36,630 bases of DNA from Pyrinomonadaceae bacterium (GTDB lineage Bacteria; Acidobacteriota; Blastocatellia; Pyrinomonadales; Pyrinomonadaceae), in NCBI GenBank assembly GCA_046595575.1, contig JBKJOR010000048.1, positions 1 to 36,630 of the forward strand, read 5' to 3'. Of this stretch, positions 1 through 8,304 are shown one piece after another. Numbering within the stretch: position 1 is the first letter of the stretch; each line of letters opens with the position of its first letter. The notes under the pieces were generated by a model that searched no databases, was not told the DNA's origin, and worked only from the letters and a program-made list of their open reading frames with translations. The position numbers and the translations under genes are program-made.

Positions 1-1322
1 TGCAGAGCGAGCATCCGGATTTGATAAAAGATCTCGCCCTCGCGATAATGCCCGACGATGTCGCGACGCTCATCTACACAAGCGGCACTACGGGCGAACC
101 CAAAGGCGTGATGCTGACCCACACCAACATCGTCTCGAATGTGATCGACGCGGGCGAGAAGTATGATTTTTCGATCCACGATATTTCGCTGTCCGTTCTG
201 CCCCTGACACATGTTTTCGAACGCTCCTCGATGTACGTATACATCTTTAACGGGATGTCGGTTTACTACGCAGAGTCGGTTGAGCGAGTGCCCGACAATT
301 TGCGCGAAGTTCAGCCGACGATCTTTGTCGGCGTCCCGCGTATCTTTGAAAAGGTCTACGCCAAGGCGAAACTGAAAGCGGCGCAGAGTGGACGAGTCAA
401 GGAAAAGATATTCGATTGGGCGATCGAGGTCGCAAAGCAGTATGCGATGCGAATCGAACGAGACGAACGCGTTCCATTCTTTCTGTCGCTCAAGCATCGC
501 GTCGCGGACGCGATAGTTTACCGTAAGCTTCGCGAGTTTTTTGGCGGCCACCTGCGGGCCTGCATAACCGGCGGCGCGGCGCTGCCCGATGATATTTACC
601 TGATCTTCACCGGAGCAGGCATTTCTATTATGCAAGGGTATGGACTGACGGAAACTTCGCCAGTCATCACGTCCAGCAACGCGTCCGGCGTAAGACTGGG
701 AACGGTAGGGAAACCGATTCGGAATACGCGGATCCGGATCGCGGCGGACGGTGAGATCGAAGCGTCCGGCCCGGGCGTAATGCTTGGCTATTACAATAAG
801 CCGGACGCAACACGCGACACTTTTACCGAGGACGGTTGGTTCAAAACGGGGGATATTGGCGAGATCGATGAAGATGGGTATCTGCGGATCACGGATCGAA
901 AAAAGGAGTTGTTCAAGACGTCCGGCGGGAAGTATATTGCGCCGTCGCCGATCGAGCAGATGATCCGCTCTTCACGGTTTGTAAGTCAGGCCGTGCTTGT
1001 CGGGAATGAACGAAAGTTCGCCGCCGCATTGGTCGTTCCCAATTTCGAGATGCTGGCGTCCTACGTGAAGCTCAAAGGCATTGGCGCAGCGACGCCTGCC
1101 GAGATGTGCCGAAACGTTCGGATCGTCGATTTGATCCAACGGCAGATAGAAGGTGCAACACAAAACCTCGCCCGCTTTGAGAAAGTTAAGAAGATCGCAC
1201 TGCTAGAGAATGAATTAACGGTTGAAGGCGGTGAGTTGACGCCGACGCTTAAAATAAAGCGCCGGGTCGTAGAAGAGAAGTATAAGGTTGTGATCGACTC
1301 GTTATATCGCGACGAGGTCTAG
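1..1322 (+). CDS. Long-chain acyl-CoA synthetase (AMP-forming ligase), 5' end outside window
   Basis: The frame is open back to nt 3. AMP-binding motif TSGTTGEPKGV, then GYGLTET, TGDIGEIDEDGYLRITDRKKELFKTSGGKYIAP, and C-terminal GELTPTLKIKRR. Confidence 0.9.
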   Translation, partial: QSEHPDLIKDLALAIMPDDVATLIYTSGTTGEPKGVMLTHTNIVSNVIDAGEKYDFSIHDISLSVLPLTHVFERSSMYVYIFNGMSVYYAESVERVPDNLREVQPTIFVGVPRIFEKVYAKAKLKAAQSGRVKEKIFDWAIEVAKQYAMRIERDERVPFFLSLKHRVADAIVYRKLREFFGGHLRACITGGAALPDDIYLIFTGAGISIMQGYGLTETSPVITSSNASGVRLGTVGKPIRNTRIRIAADGEIEASGPGVMLGYYNKPDATRDTFTEDGWFKTGDIGEIDEDGYLRITDRKKELFKTSGGKYIAPSPIEQMIRSSRFVSQAVLVGNERKFAAALVVPNFEMLASYVKLKGIGAATPAEMCRNVRIVDLIQRQIEGATQNLARFEKVKKIALLENELTVEGGELTPTLKIKRRVVEEKYKVVIDSLYRDEV

Positions 1323-2311
1323 TACAGAACACGCGTTGGAATCGCGTTTCCTAAACCGCCAGCGGCCGTCCGGCCGACGCCGAGCGCGATCTCCAAAATC
1401 GTCTGAGCGATGCCCTTCTGAGCTTTATCAACCTCGACGATGTCATACGGTTCAAGCATGATGTCTTTCTGAGTGCCCTTCCGAATCTGATCGTAGTTTG
1501 CACGAATTATTTCGCGATCTTTAGAATTCGCCTTGAGACGGTAGATCTTGATGTCCTTAGTCTTTGCTTCGCGACGCACACCGCCGATCTTTGCGATCGC
1601 TTCAGAAAGTGACATTCCGCCTTCTTTCAAAAAGATTCCCTGGGGCGTCGAAACCTCGCCTGTGATATAAACCGGTGAAGCTTTCTGAACCACGACCACA
1701 TCACCCGGATAGATCACTGGATTTGCCTCTTCTTTTCCGAGCCGCAGGCTGCTAAGTGAATACAGTCGCGACGGAACATCCAAGCCGTCCCCAGAGTTTT
1801 GCCAGTCCGCGCCTGCGATATCGTCTTCACATACAGGCGGCTGCGTCCGGAAGACCTGAATCATACCGCCCGCATCTTCATTCACTCCGCCCGAAAAGGA
1901 CAGCAACTCCAGAAGCGTAGAACGCCGCGTCAAAACCACCTGCTGCGGGGTTCGTACTTCGCCGTAGATCGTCGCGGGCGGACGACTCTTTCGATCGGTG
2001 ACCCGGAGACTCAGTTGCGGATTCTTGAGATACTTTGCCAGAAGCTTTGTAACTTCGGTCCGAAGATCCCGTTCACTCAAACACTTGGCGGTTACTGCAT
2101 TATCGAAGAACGGGACCTCGATCTTGCCGTTCTCGTCCACCCTCGCGACAAAGTCGAACTGAGACTCGCCCAGCACCTTTCCGGTTATTTCATCGCCCGG
2201 CCCGATCAAGTATCCTTTCTGGGCTCCGGCATCGATCGGCATCGTCTGTCCAAAAGAGACCGCCGAAACGACAACGGTGATGACGAAAAGTAATAAAATC
2301 CGTAAATCCAT
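1319..2311 (-). CDS. Polysaccharide export protein (Wza-like, Poly_export plus SLBB domains), secreted
   Basis: Signal peptide MDLRILLLFVITVVVSAVSFGQ (internal ATG at 2311 preferred over the ORF start at 2371). YLIGPGDEI..., GKIEVPF, TIYGEVRTPQ and VYITGEVSTPQG repeats are typical of the family. Stop codons overlap convergently with the ligase gene (CTAG at 1319-1322). Confidence 0.75.
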   Translation of the reverse strand: MDLRILLLFVITVVVSAVSFGQTMPIDAGAQKGYLIGPGDEITGKVLGESQFDFVARVDENGKIEVPFFDNAVTAKCLSERDLRTEVTKLLAKYLKNPQLSLRVTDRKSRPPATIYGEVRTPQQVVLTRRSTLLELLSFSGGVNEDAGGMIQVFRTQPPVCEDDIAGADWQNSGDGLDVPSRLYSLSSLRLGKEEANPVIYPGDVVVVQKASPVYITGEVSTPQGIFLKEGGMSLSEAIAKIGGVRREAKTKDIKIYRLKANSKDREIIRANYDQIRKGTQKDIMLEPYDIVEVDKAQKGIAQTILEIALGVGRTAAGGLGNAIPTRVLY

Positions 2312-2536
2312 CGATAAAACCTCAGTTACAAAACGAACGCAAAGCATAACCCACAACCGCCTTTGATTCAACCTTTTGTGCTTTCGGTTGTCCCGAATTA
2401 CAACGACCGGTCAGGTGCTCCTAATTGGTTGACAGTCCCGCTCGCCGCAATGTAAGTTCAGAATGTAAATACAGTGCTAAAACCCCAGGATTTTCAGGTG
2501 AACGAACACCCCAAACTTACAGAAAGGTTTTGGTTC

Positions 2537-4468
2537 ATGCGGCGCCCCATCCAGTTTCTGGCGGACGTCGCAGTCTTATGCGCCGCGTTCGTGGTCGCCT
2601 ACCTTCCCGCCGTAAATATTCAACTTGGGGAGTTCTACGCCGACGTTTTGATGCGTCAATTGCCCTTCGTGGTGCTGGTACAATTTTCTTCGTTGTTCCT
2701 TGTCGGCGCATATTCGATCCTCTGGCGGTATGTGAGCATCGAGGACTTGAAGGTGTTCTTGAAGGCGGCAGCGGTCTCCGGGGTGATTCTCTTGGCGTTT
2801 CGTTTCCTGTTGATCTTTACGGATTTCGACCTCTGGCAGGTTCCTGTTTCCGTTGTACTGATCGACACTGGGCTAGCTTTTGGCGGTCTGCTTGGTATTC
2901 GCGTTCTGCGACGATTCTTCTACGAGTTCGGCGAGAAGAACAAGCTCTTCGTCGGCAGACCACGACTCAAACGCAAGCCGACCCTCCTTGTTGGCGCAGG
3001 GAGAATGGGAGCGACGCTGGTTAAAGAGCTCGCCGGCCGACGCGATGGCGAACTTGAAATCCGCGGCCTGGTCGATGACGATCCGCGGAAGAAAGGTGGT
3101 AGCGTCAGCGGGTACAAGGTGCTGGGTACGACCAAAGACCTTCCCCGATTTGTCGACGAGCTAAATATCAAGGAAGTGGTGATCGCTCTCGACGAGGCGA
3201 GCGGCAAAGAGATTCGGCGGATCATCGACTTATGCACAGCGATTCCCGTCAAGACCCAGATCGTCCCGAGTTTGAATGAGATCGCCAGCGGCAGGGTAGC
3301 TGTCAGTCGCGTCCGCGACGTTCAGATCGAGGACCTGCTCGGCCGGGAACCGATCGAACTCGATGACGAGAATCTTCACGATTTCCTTACCGGACGGACC
3401 GTTATGGTCACCGGTGCCGGCGGCTCGATCGGCTCCGAGCTTGTTCGACAGATAATCAATTATCGTCCTAAGCGCGTCCTGCTCGTCGAGCGGGCTGAGT
3501 TTTTTCTTTTTCAGATCGGACGCGAGCTTCAGGAGATCGGCGACATCGAGTTCGTCCCGCTTATCGCGGATGTCGGTGACGAACCGCGCATGCAAGAGAT
3601 CTTTGCGAAGTACCGGCCGGAGGTGATCTTACACGCTGCCGCGCATAAACATGTTCCGCTGATGGAAGTAAACGCCGTCGAGGCGATCAAGAACAATGTT
3701 CTCGCAACCCGCTGCCTGGGCGAACTCGCGGGCAAGTTTGGGGTGCGGGACTTTGTCCTTATCTCCACCGACAAGGCGGTCAATCCGACATCGGTGATGG
3801 GAGCCTCGAAACGTATCGCGGAGATCGCGGTGCAAGGATTGAATCGACAGTTTGCGACAAGCTACGTCGCCGTCCGATTTGGAAATGTACTCGGGTCGGC
3901 CGGCTCAGTCGTTCCGATCTTTCGCGAGCAGATCCGGCGGGGCGAGGCGATCACCGTCACGGACAAGGAAATGACGCGGTATTTCATGACCATACCGGAA
4001 GCGTCGCAGCTCGTACTCCAGGCCGGCGCTCTCGGTTCGGGGGGTGAGATCTTCATCCTCGATATGGGCGAGCCGGTTAAGATCCTCGACCTCGCCGAAG
4101 ACATGATCCGGCTCTCCGGCCTTACGCCGTACGAGGAGATCGACATCATTTTCACCGGTGTCAGAAAAGGCGAAAAACTTTTCGAAGAGTTGGAGATCAC
4201 CGGCGAGAATCTAGATAAGACAAACCACCCGAAGATATTTATCGGCAAGATCGCCGCGTACTCGAACGATGAGGTCGAACGGATCGTCGACAGCTTTCGT
4301 CAGGCAGTGATCGATTCGGACGATGGTCGCGTACGTCAGTTGTTCAACGAGTTTCTGCCCGAGGCGAGTATCGACCATTCCAGCGGTCCCGAAATGATCT
4401 CTGGGATCGACCCCATCGACGATAAGTATTTTCCACGATCAACCAAGCTTGGCTTGGCCGAAAAATAA
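2537..4468 (+). CDS. CapD/WbpM/PglF-family membrane-anchored NDP-sugar 4,6-dehydratase (polysaccharide biosynthesis)
   Basis: N-terminal hydrophobic helices, then two Rossmann-like regions (LLVGAGRMG and VTGAGGSIGSEL), then STDKAVNPTSVMGASKR. The ATG at 2537 (MRRPIQFLADV) fits family N-termini better than the GTG at 2474. Confidence 0.85.
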   Translation: MRRPIQFLADVAVLCAAFVVAYLPAVNIQLGEFYADVLMRQLPFVVLVQFSSLFLVGAYSILWRYVSIEDLKVFLKAAAVSGVILLAFRFLLIFTDFDLWQVPVSVVLIDTGLAFGGLLGIRVLRRFFYEFGEKNKLFVGRPRLKRKPTLLVGAGRMGATLVKELAGRRDGELEIRGLVDDDPRKKGGSVSGYKVLGTTKDLPRFVDELNIKEVVIALDEASGKEIRRIIDLCTAIPVKTQIVPSLNEIASGRVAVSRVRDVQIEDLLGREPIELDDENLHDFLTGRTVMVTGAGGSIGSELVRQIINYRPKRVLLVERAEFFLFQIGRELQEIGDIEFVPLIADVGDEPRMQEIFAKYRPEVILHAAAHKHVPLMEVNAVEAIKNNVLATRCLGELAGKFGVRDFVLISTDKAVNPTSVMGASKRIAEIAVQGLNRQFATSYVAVRFGNVLGSAGSVVPIFREQIRRGEAITVTDKEMTRYFMTIPEASQLVLQAGALGSGGEIFILDMGEPVKILDLAEDMIRLSGLTPYEEIDIIFTGVRKGEKLFEELEITGENLDKTNHPKIFIGKIAAYSNDEVERIVDSFRQAVIDSDDGRVRQLFNEFLPEASIDHSSGPEMISGIDPIDDKYFPRSTKLGLAEK

Positions 4469-4484
4469 TCTCTCGATCGCACAT

Positions 4485-5705
4485 ATGTCCCAGCCGAAGT
4501 TTTCAAAGAGCAGGGTTTCCGCCAAGGCAGCATCGTTCACCGAATCGGTTATTCGAGAGATGAGCCGCGAAGCCGTAAAGTATGGCGCGGTAAATCTCGG
4601 ACAGGGGTTTCCGGATTGGCCCGCGCCCGAGGACATTAAGCAAAAAGCGAAAGACGCGATCGACGATGACCATAACCAGTACGCGATAACGTGGGGCGTG
4701 AAAGGATTTCGCGACGCAATCGCGGCGAAGACGAAATGGTTTCTCGGAATGGATATCGATCCCGAGTCGGAGATCACTGTGACGTGCGGCTCGACCGAAG
4801 GTATGATCGCCGCTGCGATGGCGACGATCGATCCGGGCGAGGAGGTTGTCATCTTCGATCCGTACTACGAGAACTACATGCCGGACGCGATCATCTCCGG
4901 AGCACGACCGCGTTTCGTTCCGTTGTATCGGAATGACGACGGCTTCGCGTTCGACCGCGACGAACTTCGCGCGGCATTCAACGAGAAGACGAAGGCAATC
5001 ATCATCTGCAATCCGAACAACCCTACGGGAAAAGTTTTCAGACGCGACGAGATGGAGTTCATCGCCGGGCTTTGTAAAGAGTTCGACACGCTCTGCTTCA
5101 CGGACGAGATCTATGAACACATCATCTACGATGGAACGCCGGCTTCCAGCCGGCAGGATGCCGGCGATACACGCCACATCTGCATGGCGACGCTCGATGG
5201 AATGCGGGAGCGTACGGTGGTCGTGAATTCACTTTCGAAAACGTATTCGGTCACTGGCTGGCGCGTTGGCTACTGTATCGCTCCGCCGGACATCACGCAG
5301 GCGATTCGGAAGGTGCACGATTTTCTGACCGTCGGTGCGGCTAATCCATTGCAGCATGCCGGAGCGTACGCCTTGAGTTTACCGGCGAGTTATTACGACG
5401 ACCTTCAGCGCGAGTATCAGCGGAAACGCGATTTCATCGTCCCTGCTTTGCGTAATGCGGGATTCAAATGCGACATGCCGGATGGCGCATATTATGTGAT
5501 GGCCGATATCTCCGATTTCGGATTCACAGATGACATCGAGTTCACTAAGCACATGATCCGCGAGATAGGTGTGGCAGTCGTTCCGGGCTCCTCATTCTAC
5601 GAGAACAGATCGCTCGGATCGCAGATGGTTCGATTCTGTTTCTGTAAGAAAGACGAGACGCTCGAGGCCGCCGCGGAGAATTTGCGGAAACTACGTAGAG
5701 GCTGA
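4485..5705 (+). CDS. PLP-dependent class I aminotransferase (YbdL/MtnE/kynurenine aminotransferase-like)
   Basis: NLGQGFPDWP, NQYAITWG, ICNPNNPTGKVF, and the PLP-lysine motif NSLSKTYSVTGWRVGY. ATG at 4485 (MSQPKF) preferred over 4449. Confidence 0.85.
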   Translation: MSQPKFSKSRVSAKAASFTESVIREMSREAVKYGAVNLGQGFPDWPAPEDIKQKAKDAIDDDHNQYAITWGVKGFRDAIAAKTKWFLGMDIDPESEITVTCGSTEGMIAAAMATIDPGEEVVIFDPYYENYMPDAIISGARPRFVPLYRNDDGFAFDRDELRAAFNEKTKAIIICNPNNPTGKVFRRDEMEFIAGLCKEFDTLCFTDEIYEHIIYDGTPASSRQDAGDTRHICMATLDGMRERTVVVNSLSKTYSVTGWRVGYCIAPPDITQAIRKVHDFLTVGAANPLQHAGAYALSLPASYYDDLQREYQRKRDFIVPALRNAGFKCDMPDGAYYVMADISDFGFTDDIEFTKHMIREIGVAVVPGSSFYENRSLGSQMVRFCFCKKDETLEAAAENLRKLRRG

Positions 5706-5709
5706 TCCT

Positions 5710-5856
5710 ATGGGACGCTTTCTGTTTTTAACTCTCGTACTGTGCGTTCTCTGTAGCTCGGTGAGCAGCCAAAGGAAACTTCCCGAAGTTGATTTGAGCG
5801 TCAACGGGGTCAAGTCAGGTAGTACATACACGACCGTCTTGCAGCGGTTTACCTAA
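5710..5856 (+). pseudogene. 48-aa ORF that looks like only the N-terminus of a secreted protein, ending just before a hairpin element
   Basis: MGRFLFLTLVLCVLCSSVSSQ is a signal-peptide-like start. The ORF stops 11 nt before the 36-bp inverted-repeat arm at 5868. No RBS or homolog could be checked. Confidence 0.3.
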
Positions 5857-5867
5857 TTGCCGCACGA

Positions 5868-6016
5868 TGCAAAAGCCCGCGCGTGAGCAAGGGCGATATG
5901 CTCAAGGTGGTGTAACTCTATTTTGTGGCTTTCGTGATCCGTTGTCGGCCATCTCTCCACCGCTTTAGTTGCAATATGTAGAGCATATCGCCCTTACTCA
6001 CGCGCGGGCTTTTGCA
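5868..6016. repeat. 149-bp hairpin/MITE-like element with 36-bp arms (35/36 complementary)
   Basis: tgcaaaagcccgcgcgtgagcaagggcgatatgctc (5868-5903) is the reverse complement of gagcatatcgcccttactcacgcgcgggcttttgca (5981-6016) with one mismatch. An inner ggtgg/ccacc pairing lies within the 77-nt loop. Confidence 0.75.
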
Positions 6017-6173
6017 CCTCGTCGCTGGCTACTTGTTGAGCGTGATAGATCCGATACACTGCGGCCCTTGGCGAAAGCAACCTTTTGCACGGTAAAGGGC
6101 AACAAAAATACACCGACGCGTAAGGGCTTTCAAGGCAGCTTATACAAGAAATTTTATTGAACGTGGAGGTTAT

Positions 6174-7166
6174 ATGATCCTTAAATCATTAGCTTTTGTT
6201 TTGATTGGTTTTGTGGTCGTAGTCGATGCCCAGACGCCCGTGCCCATGCCCCGAGCTGAAGGCCGAGCGTTTTCGACGTTTTTCGACGACAGCGGTGGCT
6301 ACTTGGGTGTCCAGACGGAAGAGGTAACGAAGGATAATTTTTCCAGGTATGGCCTGTCCGAAGTGCGCGGGGTCGCCATCGAAAAGGTAGCTGAAGACTC
6401 GCCTGCCGAAAAGGCGGGACTTAAGGACGGAGACGTAATCGTTCGACTCAACAACGAGGAAGTTACGAGCATTCGAAAACTCTCCCGTCTGCTCAGCGAA
6501 GTTTCGCCCGACCATCAAGTGAAATTGATGGTGGTCAGGGGAGGCTCCGAGCGGGAAATCGTGGCAACACTCGGAAAGCGGTCGGTGCCGCAGTTTGAAG
6601 AGGGTGGCTTCCGAATGATCGCACCTCGCGGAGAACTCCGACCCTTTCCGCCTTCGGCAGACATGCCATCGATGCCGCCGATGCGATCGATTCCGATGAC
6701 GCCCGGTACACCGGGTGTGCCCTTTGCGTTCCGGATGGGAACTTCCGGTCGACGGATCGGCATCAGCGTAACGACTCTGACGAAACAGTTGAGCGAACAT
6801 TACGGTGTCGCGGGTGGTGTGCTGATCAACGAAGTTCGCATCGATTCCGCGGCAGCGAAGGCCGGCCTAAAAGCCGGCGACGTGATTATCGAGGTCGAGG
6901 GTAAAGAACTAAAGAGTGAGGGCGAATTGATCCGGGCGATCACGGAGAAGAAGGAAGGCGATCTCGGTCTGACGATAATTCGCGACCGGAATCGTCAGAC
7001 GATCCGCGTGACACCGGAGGAAGGAAAAGATGGTTTCAACAGCTTTCACATGTTCCCAGTGCCTCTGAACACTGAATCGCCGACTTACTTTAATGGGCCG
7101 ATAAGCGTTCCCGGCTTTTCGCCGTCGCTTTTGCCGAGCTTCTCTTTCCCTGGATTTTGTCTTTGA
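6174..7166 (+). CDS. Secreted protein with two PDZ domains joined by a Pro/Met-rich linker
   Basis: GGAGG lies 6 nt upstream of the ATG. Signal peptide MILKSLAFVLIGFVVVVDAQ. Two PDZ-like blocks (SPAEKAGLKDGDVIVRLNNEEV and SAAAKAGLKAGDVIIEVEGKEL). Confidence 0.8.
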   Translation: MILKSLAFVLIGFVVVVDAQTPVPMPRAEGRAFSTFFDDSGGYLGVQTEEVTKDNFSRYGLSEVRGVAIEKVAEDSPAEKAGLKDGDVIVRLNNEEVTSIRKLSRLLSEVSPDHQVKLMVVRGGSEREIVATLGKRSVPQFEEGGFRMIAPRGELRPFPPSADMPSMPPMRSIPMTPGTPGVPFAFRMGTSGRRIGISVTTLTKQLSEHYGVAGGVLINEVRIDSAAAKAGLKAGDVIIEVEGKELKSEGELIRAITEKKEGDLGLTIIRDRNRQTIRVTPEEGKDGFNSFHMFPVPLNTESPTYFNGPISVPGFSPSLLPSFSFPGFCL

Positions 7167-7175
7167 TACCACAAA

Positions 7176-7206
7176 GGGAAGTCGGATCGAGCGGCTTCCC
7201 TATTTT
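7176..7206 (+). terminator. Rho-independent terminator candidate shared by convergent genes
   Basis: gggaagtcg (7176-7184) pairs with cggcttccc (7192-7200): 9 bp including one G-U, with a 7-nt loop, followed by tatttt. It overlaps the stop codon of the minus-strand gene. Confidence 0.55.
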
Positions 7207-8297
7207 AGGATCCTGTTCAAACCGCTATTACTCCCCCGCCGCCAGATAAATCCGTCCAGAATGTAATGCGTTAGCTGTGGAACGGCGAGTAACGGAACGA
7301 GGTAAACTTTCCATTCTGTCCAGTCCCAACTCCCTCCGAACAGCCAATTCCGTTCGTGCCACACGCCCCGATTCCAGAACAGCTCTTCGATGTACGCGAA
7401 CGCCCAGAGCGTCGCTAGAAAGACGATCCAGTTCGATGCGAACGCCCGATAAAAAACCCCCGTCGATTCACGCCGCGCTTTCATGTAAAACCAGATCAGC
7501 GCAAAGTAGGGAACGCCGTGGATTATCACGTTCGTCACGGTGAACGCATAGTCTGAGTTAAAGAGTACGATGCCGACGTACCAGCAAATTGCCGTCGTCG
7601 CGATGACGATATCTTTTCCCGGATTTAGAAAGCCAGTCGAAAAATACAGATAGATGGATTTAGCGAAGTAGCTTGCGAGCGCCAGTACGTAGATCGGAAA
7701 CAGAATGTCATCGACCAATGTCGGCAGCTGAAAGAAATCGTTCTCGACAAACCACTGAAAATTGCGGGGGAGGCTTGTCATCCAAAATGCCAGCGGATAA
7801 ACAGTCGCCAGATATATCGCGGCCGCATCGATCCACCAGGTCCAACGCGCGGTCTCGTTCTGCTTCCTTCTGTAAAGTGCGACCCATCCATATTGCTGTC
7901 TGACAAAATGAAAAACTGCGATGATCGCAAGGGCTCGCCAGAATGTAAGTTCGCCTTCCGAGTAAAGTGCAACGCCGATCGCATACCCAGCTACCGGGAC
8001 GAGTAGATAGAGCCAGAGCCGGCGTTTTAATTCTTCCTTGTCGAAATAAACGCGAAAGCTGGTTGACCAAACATGTGCAACATCGATCAGCAGGACTGCG
8101 GTGATCCATGTCCAGTCGGGCGAATCCTCATTAAGTATTCCGAGCCGCCAGCCAAGCGCGAGAAGTAAAAGTGAGGCGATCGCGCTCCCGAGGAAAACGG
8201 TGAGATCGATGCTCCGGGAGAAGAGCCAGATATTTTCTCCGCCGAGACGCGGAGACGCGGAGGTGTGAACATCGCGTTCTTTTTGCGGACTCTCCAT
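7200..8297 (-). CDS. Polytopic integral membrane protein of unknown function with four conserved-looking His motifs
   Basis: About 9-10 hydrophobic helices. Motifs DVAHVWST, FHFVRQQYGW, NVIIHGVPYF and LTHYILDGFIWRR. Starts 7 nt after the stop of the upstream flavoprotein gene. Confidence 0.7.
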   Translation of the reverse strand: MESPQKERDVHTSASPRLGGENIWLFSRSIDLTVFLGSAIASLLLLALGWRLGILNEDSPDWTWITAVLLIDVAHVWSTSFRVYFDKEELKRRLWLYLLVPVAGYAIGVALYSEGELTFWRALAIIAVFHFVRQQYGWVALYRRKQNETARWTWWIDAAAIYLATVYPLAFWMTSLPRNFQWFVENDFFQLPTLVDDILFPIYVLALASYFAKSIYLYFSTGFLNPGKDIVIATTAICWYVGIVLFNSDYAFTVTNVIIHGVPYFALIWFYMKARRESTGVFYRAFASNWIVFLATLWAFAYIEELFWNRGVWHERNWLFGGSWDWTEWKVYLVPLLAVPQLTHYILDGFIWRRGSNSGLNRILK

Positions 8298-8304
8298 ATC
8301 TCAC

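Noticed and set aside
4503-5177. A 224-aa antisense ORF inside the aminotransferase gene. Similar nested ORFs occur at 2880-3595, 6189-6800, 7708-8109, 8087-8566, 18474-18962, 26090-26611 and 35492-35959.
   Set aside because: All lie opposite or out of frame within genes that have strong family motifs. Their translations are Arg/Ser/Pro/Gly-rich, as expected for off-frame reading of moderately GC-rich DNA, and none has a recognisable motif.
5969-6160. A 63-aa ORF starting inside the right arm of the 149-bp hairpin element.
   Set aside because: It begins within the repeat, has no RBS or recognisable motif, and has basic low-complexity composition. It is probably not coding, although it might be a remnant of the gene truncated at 5856.
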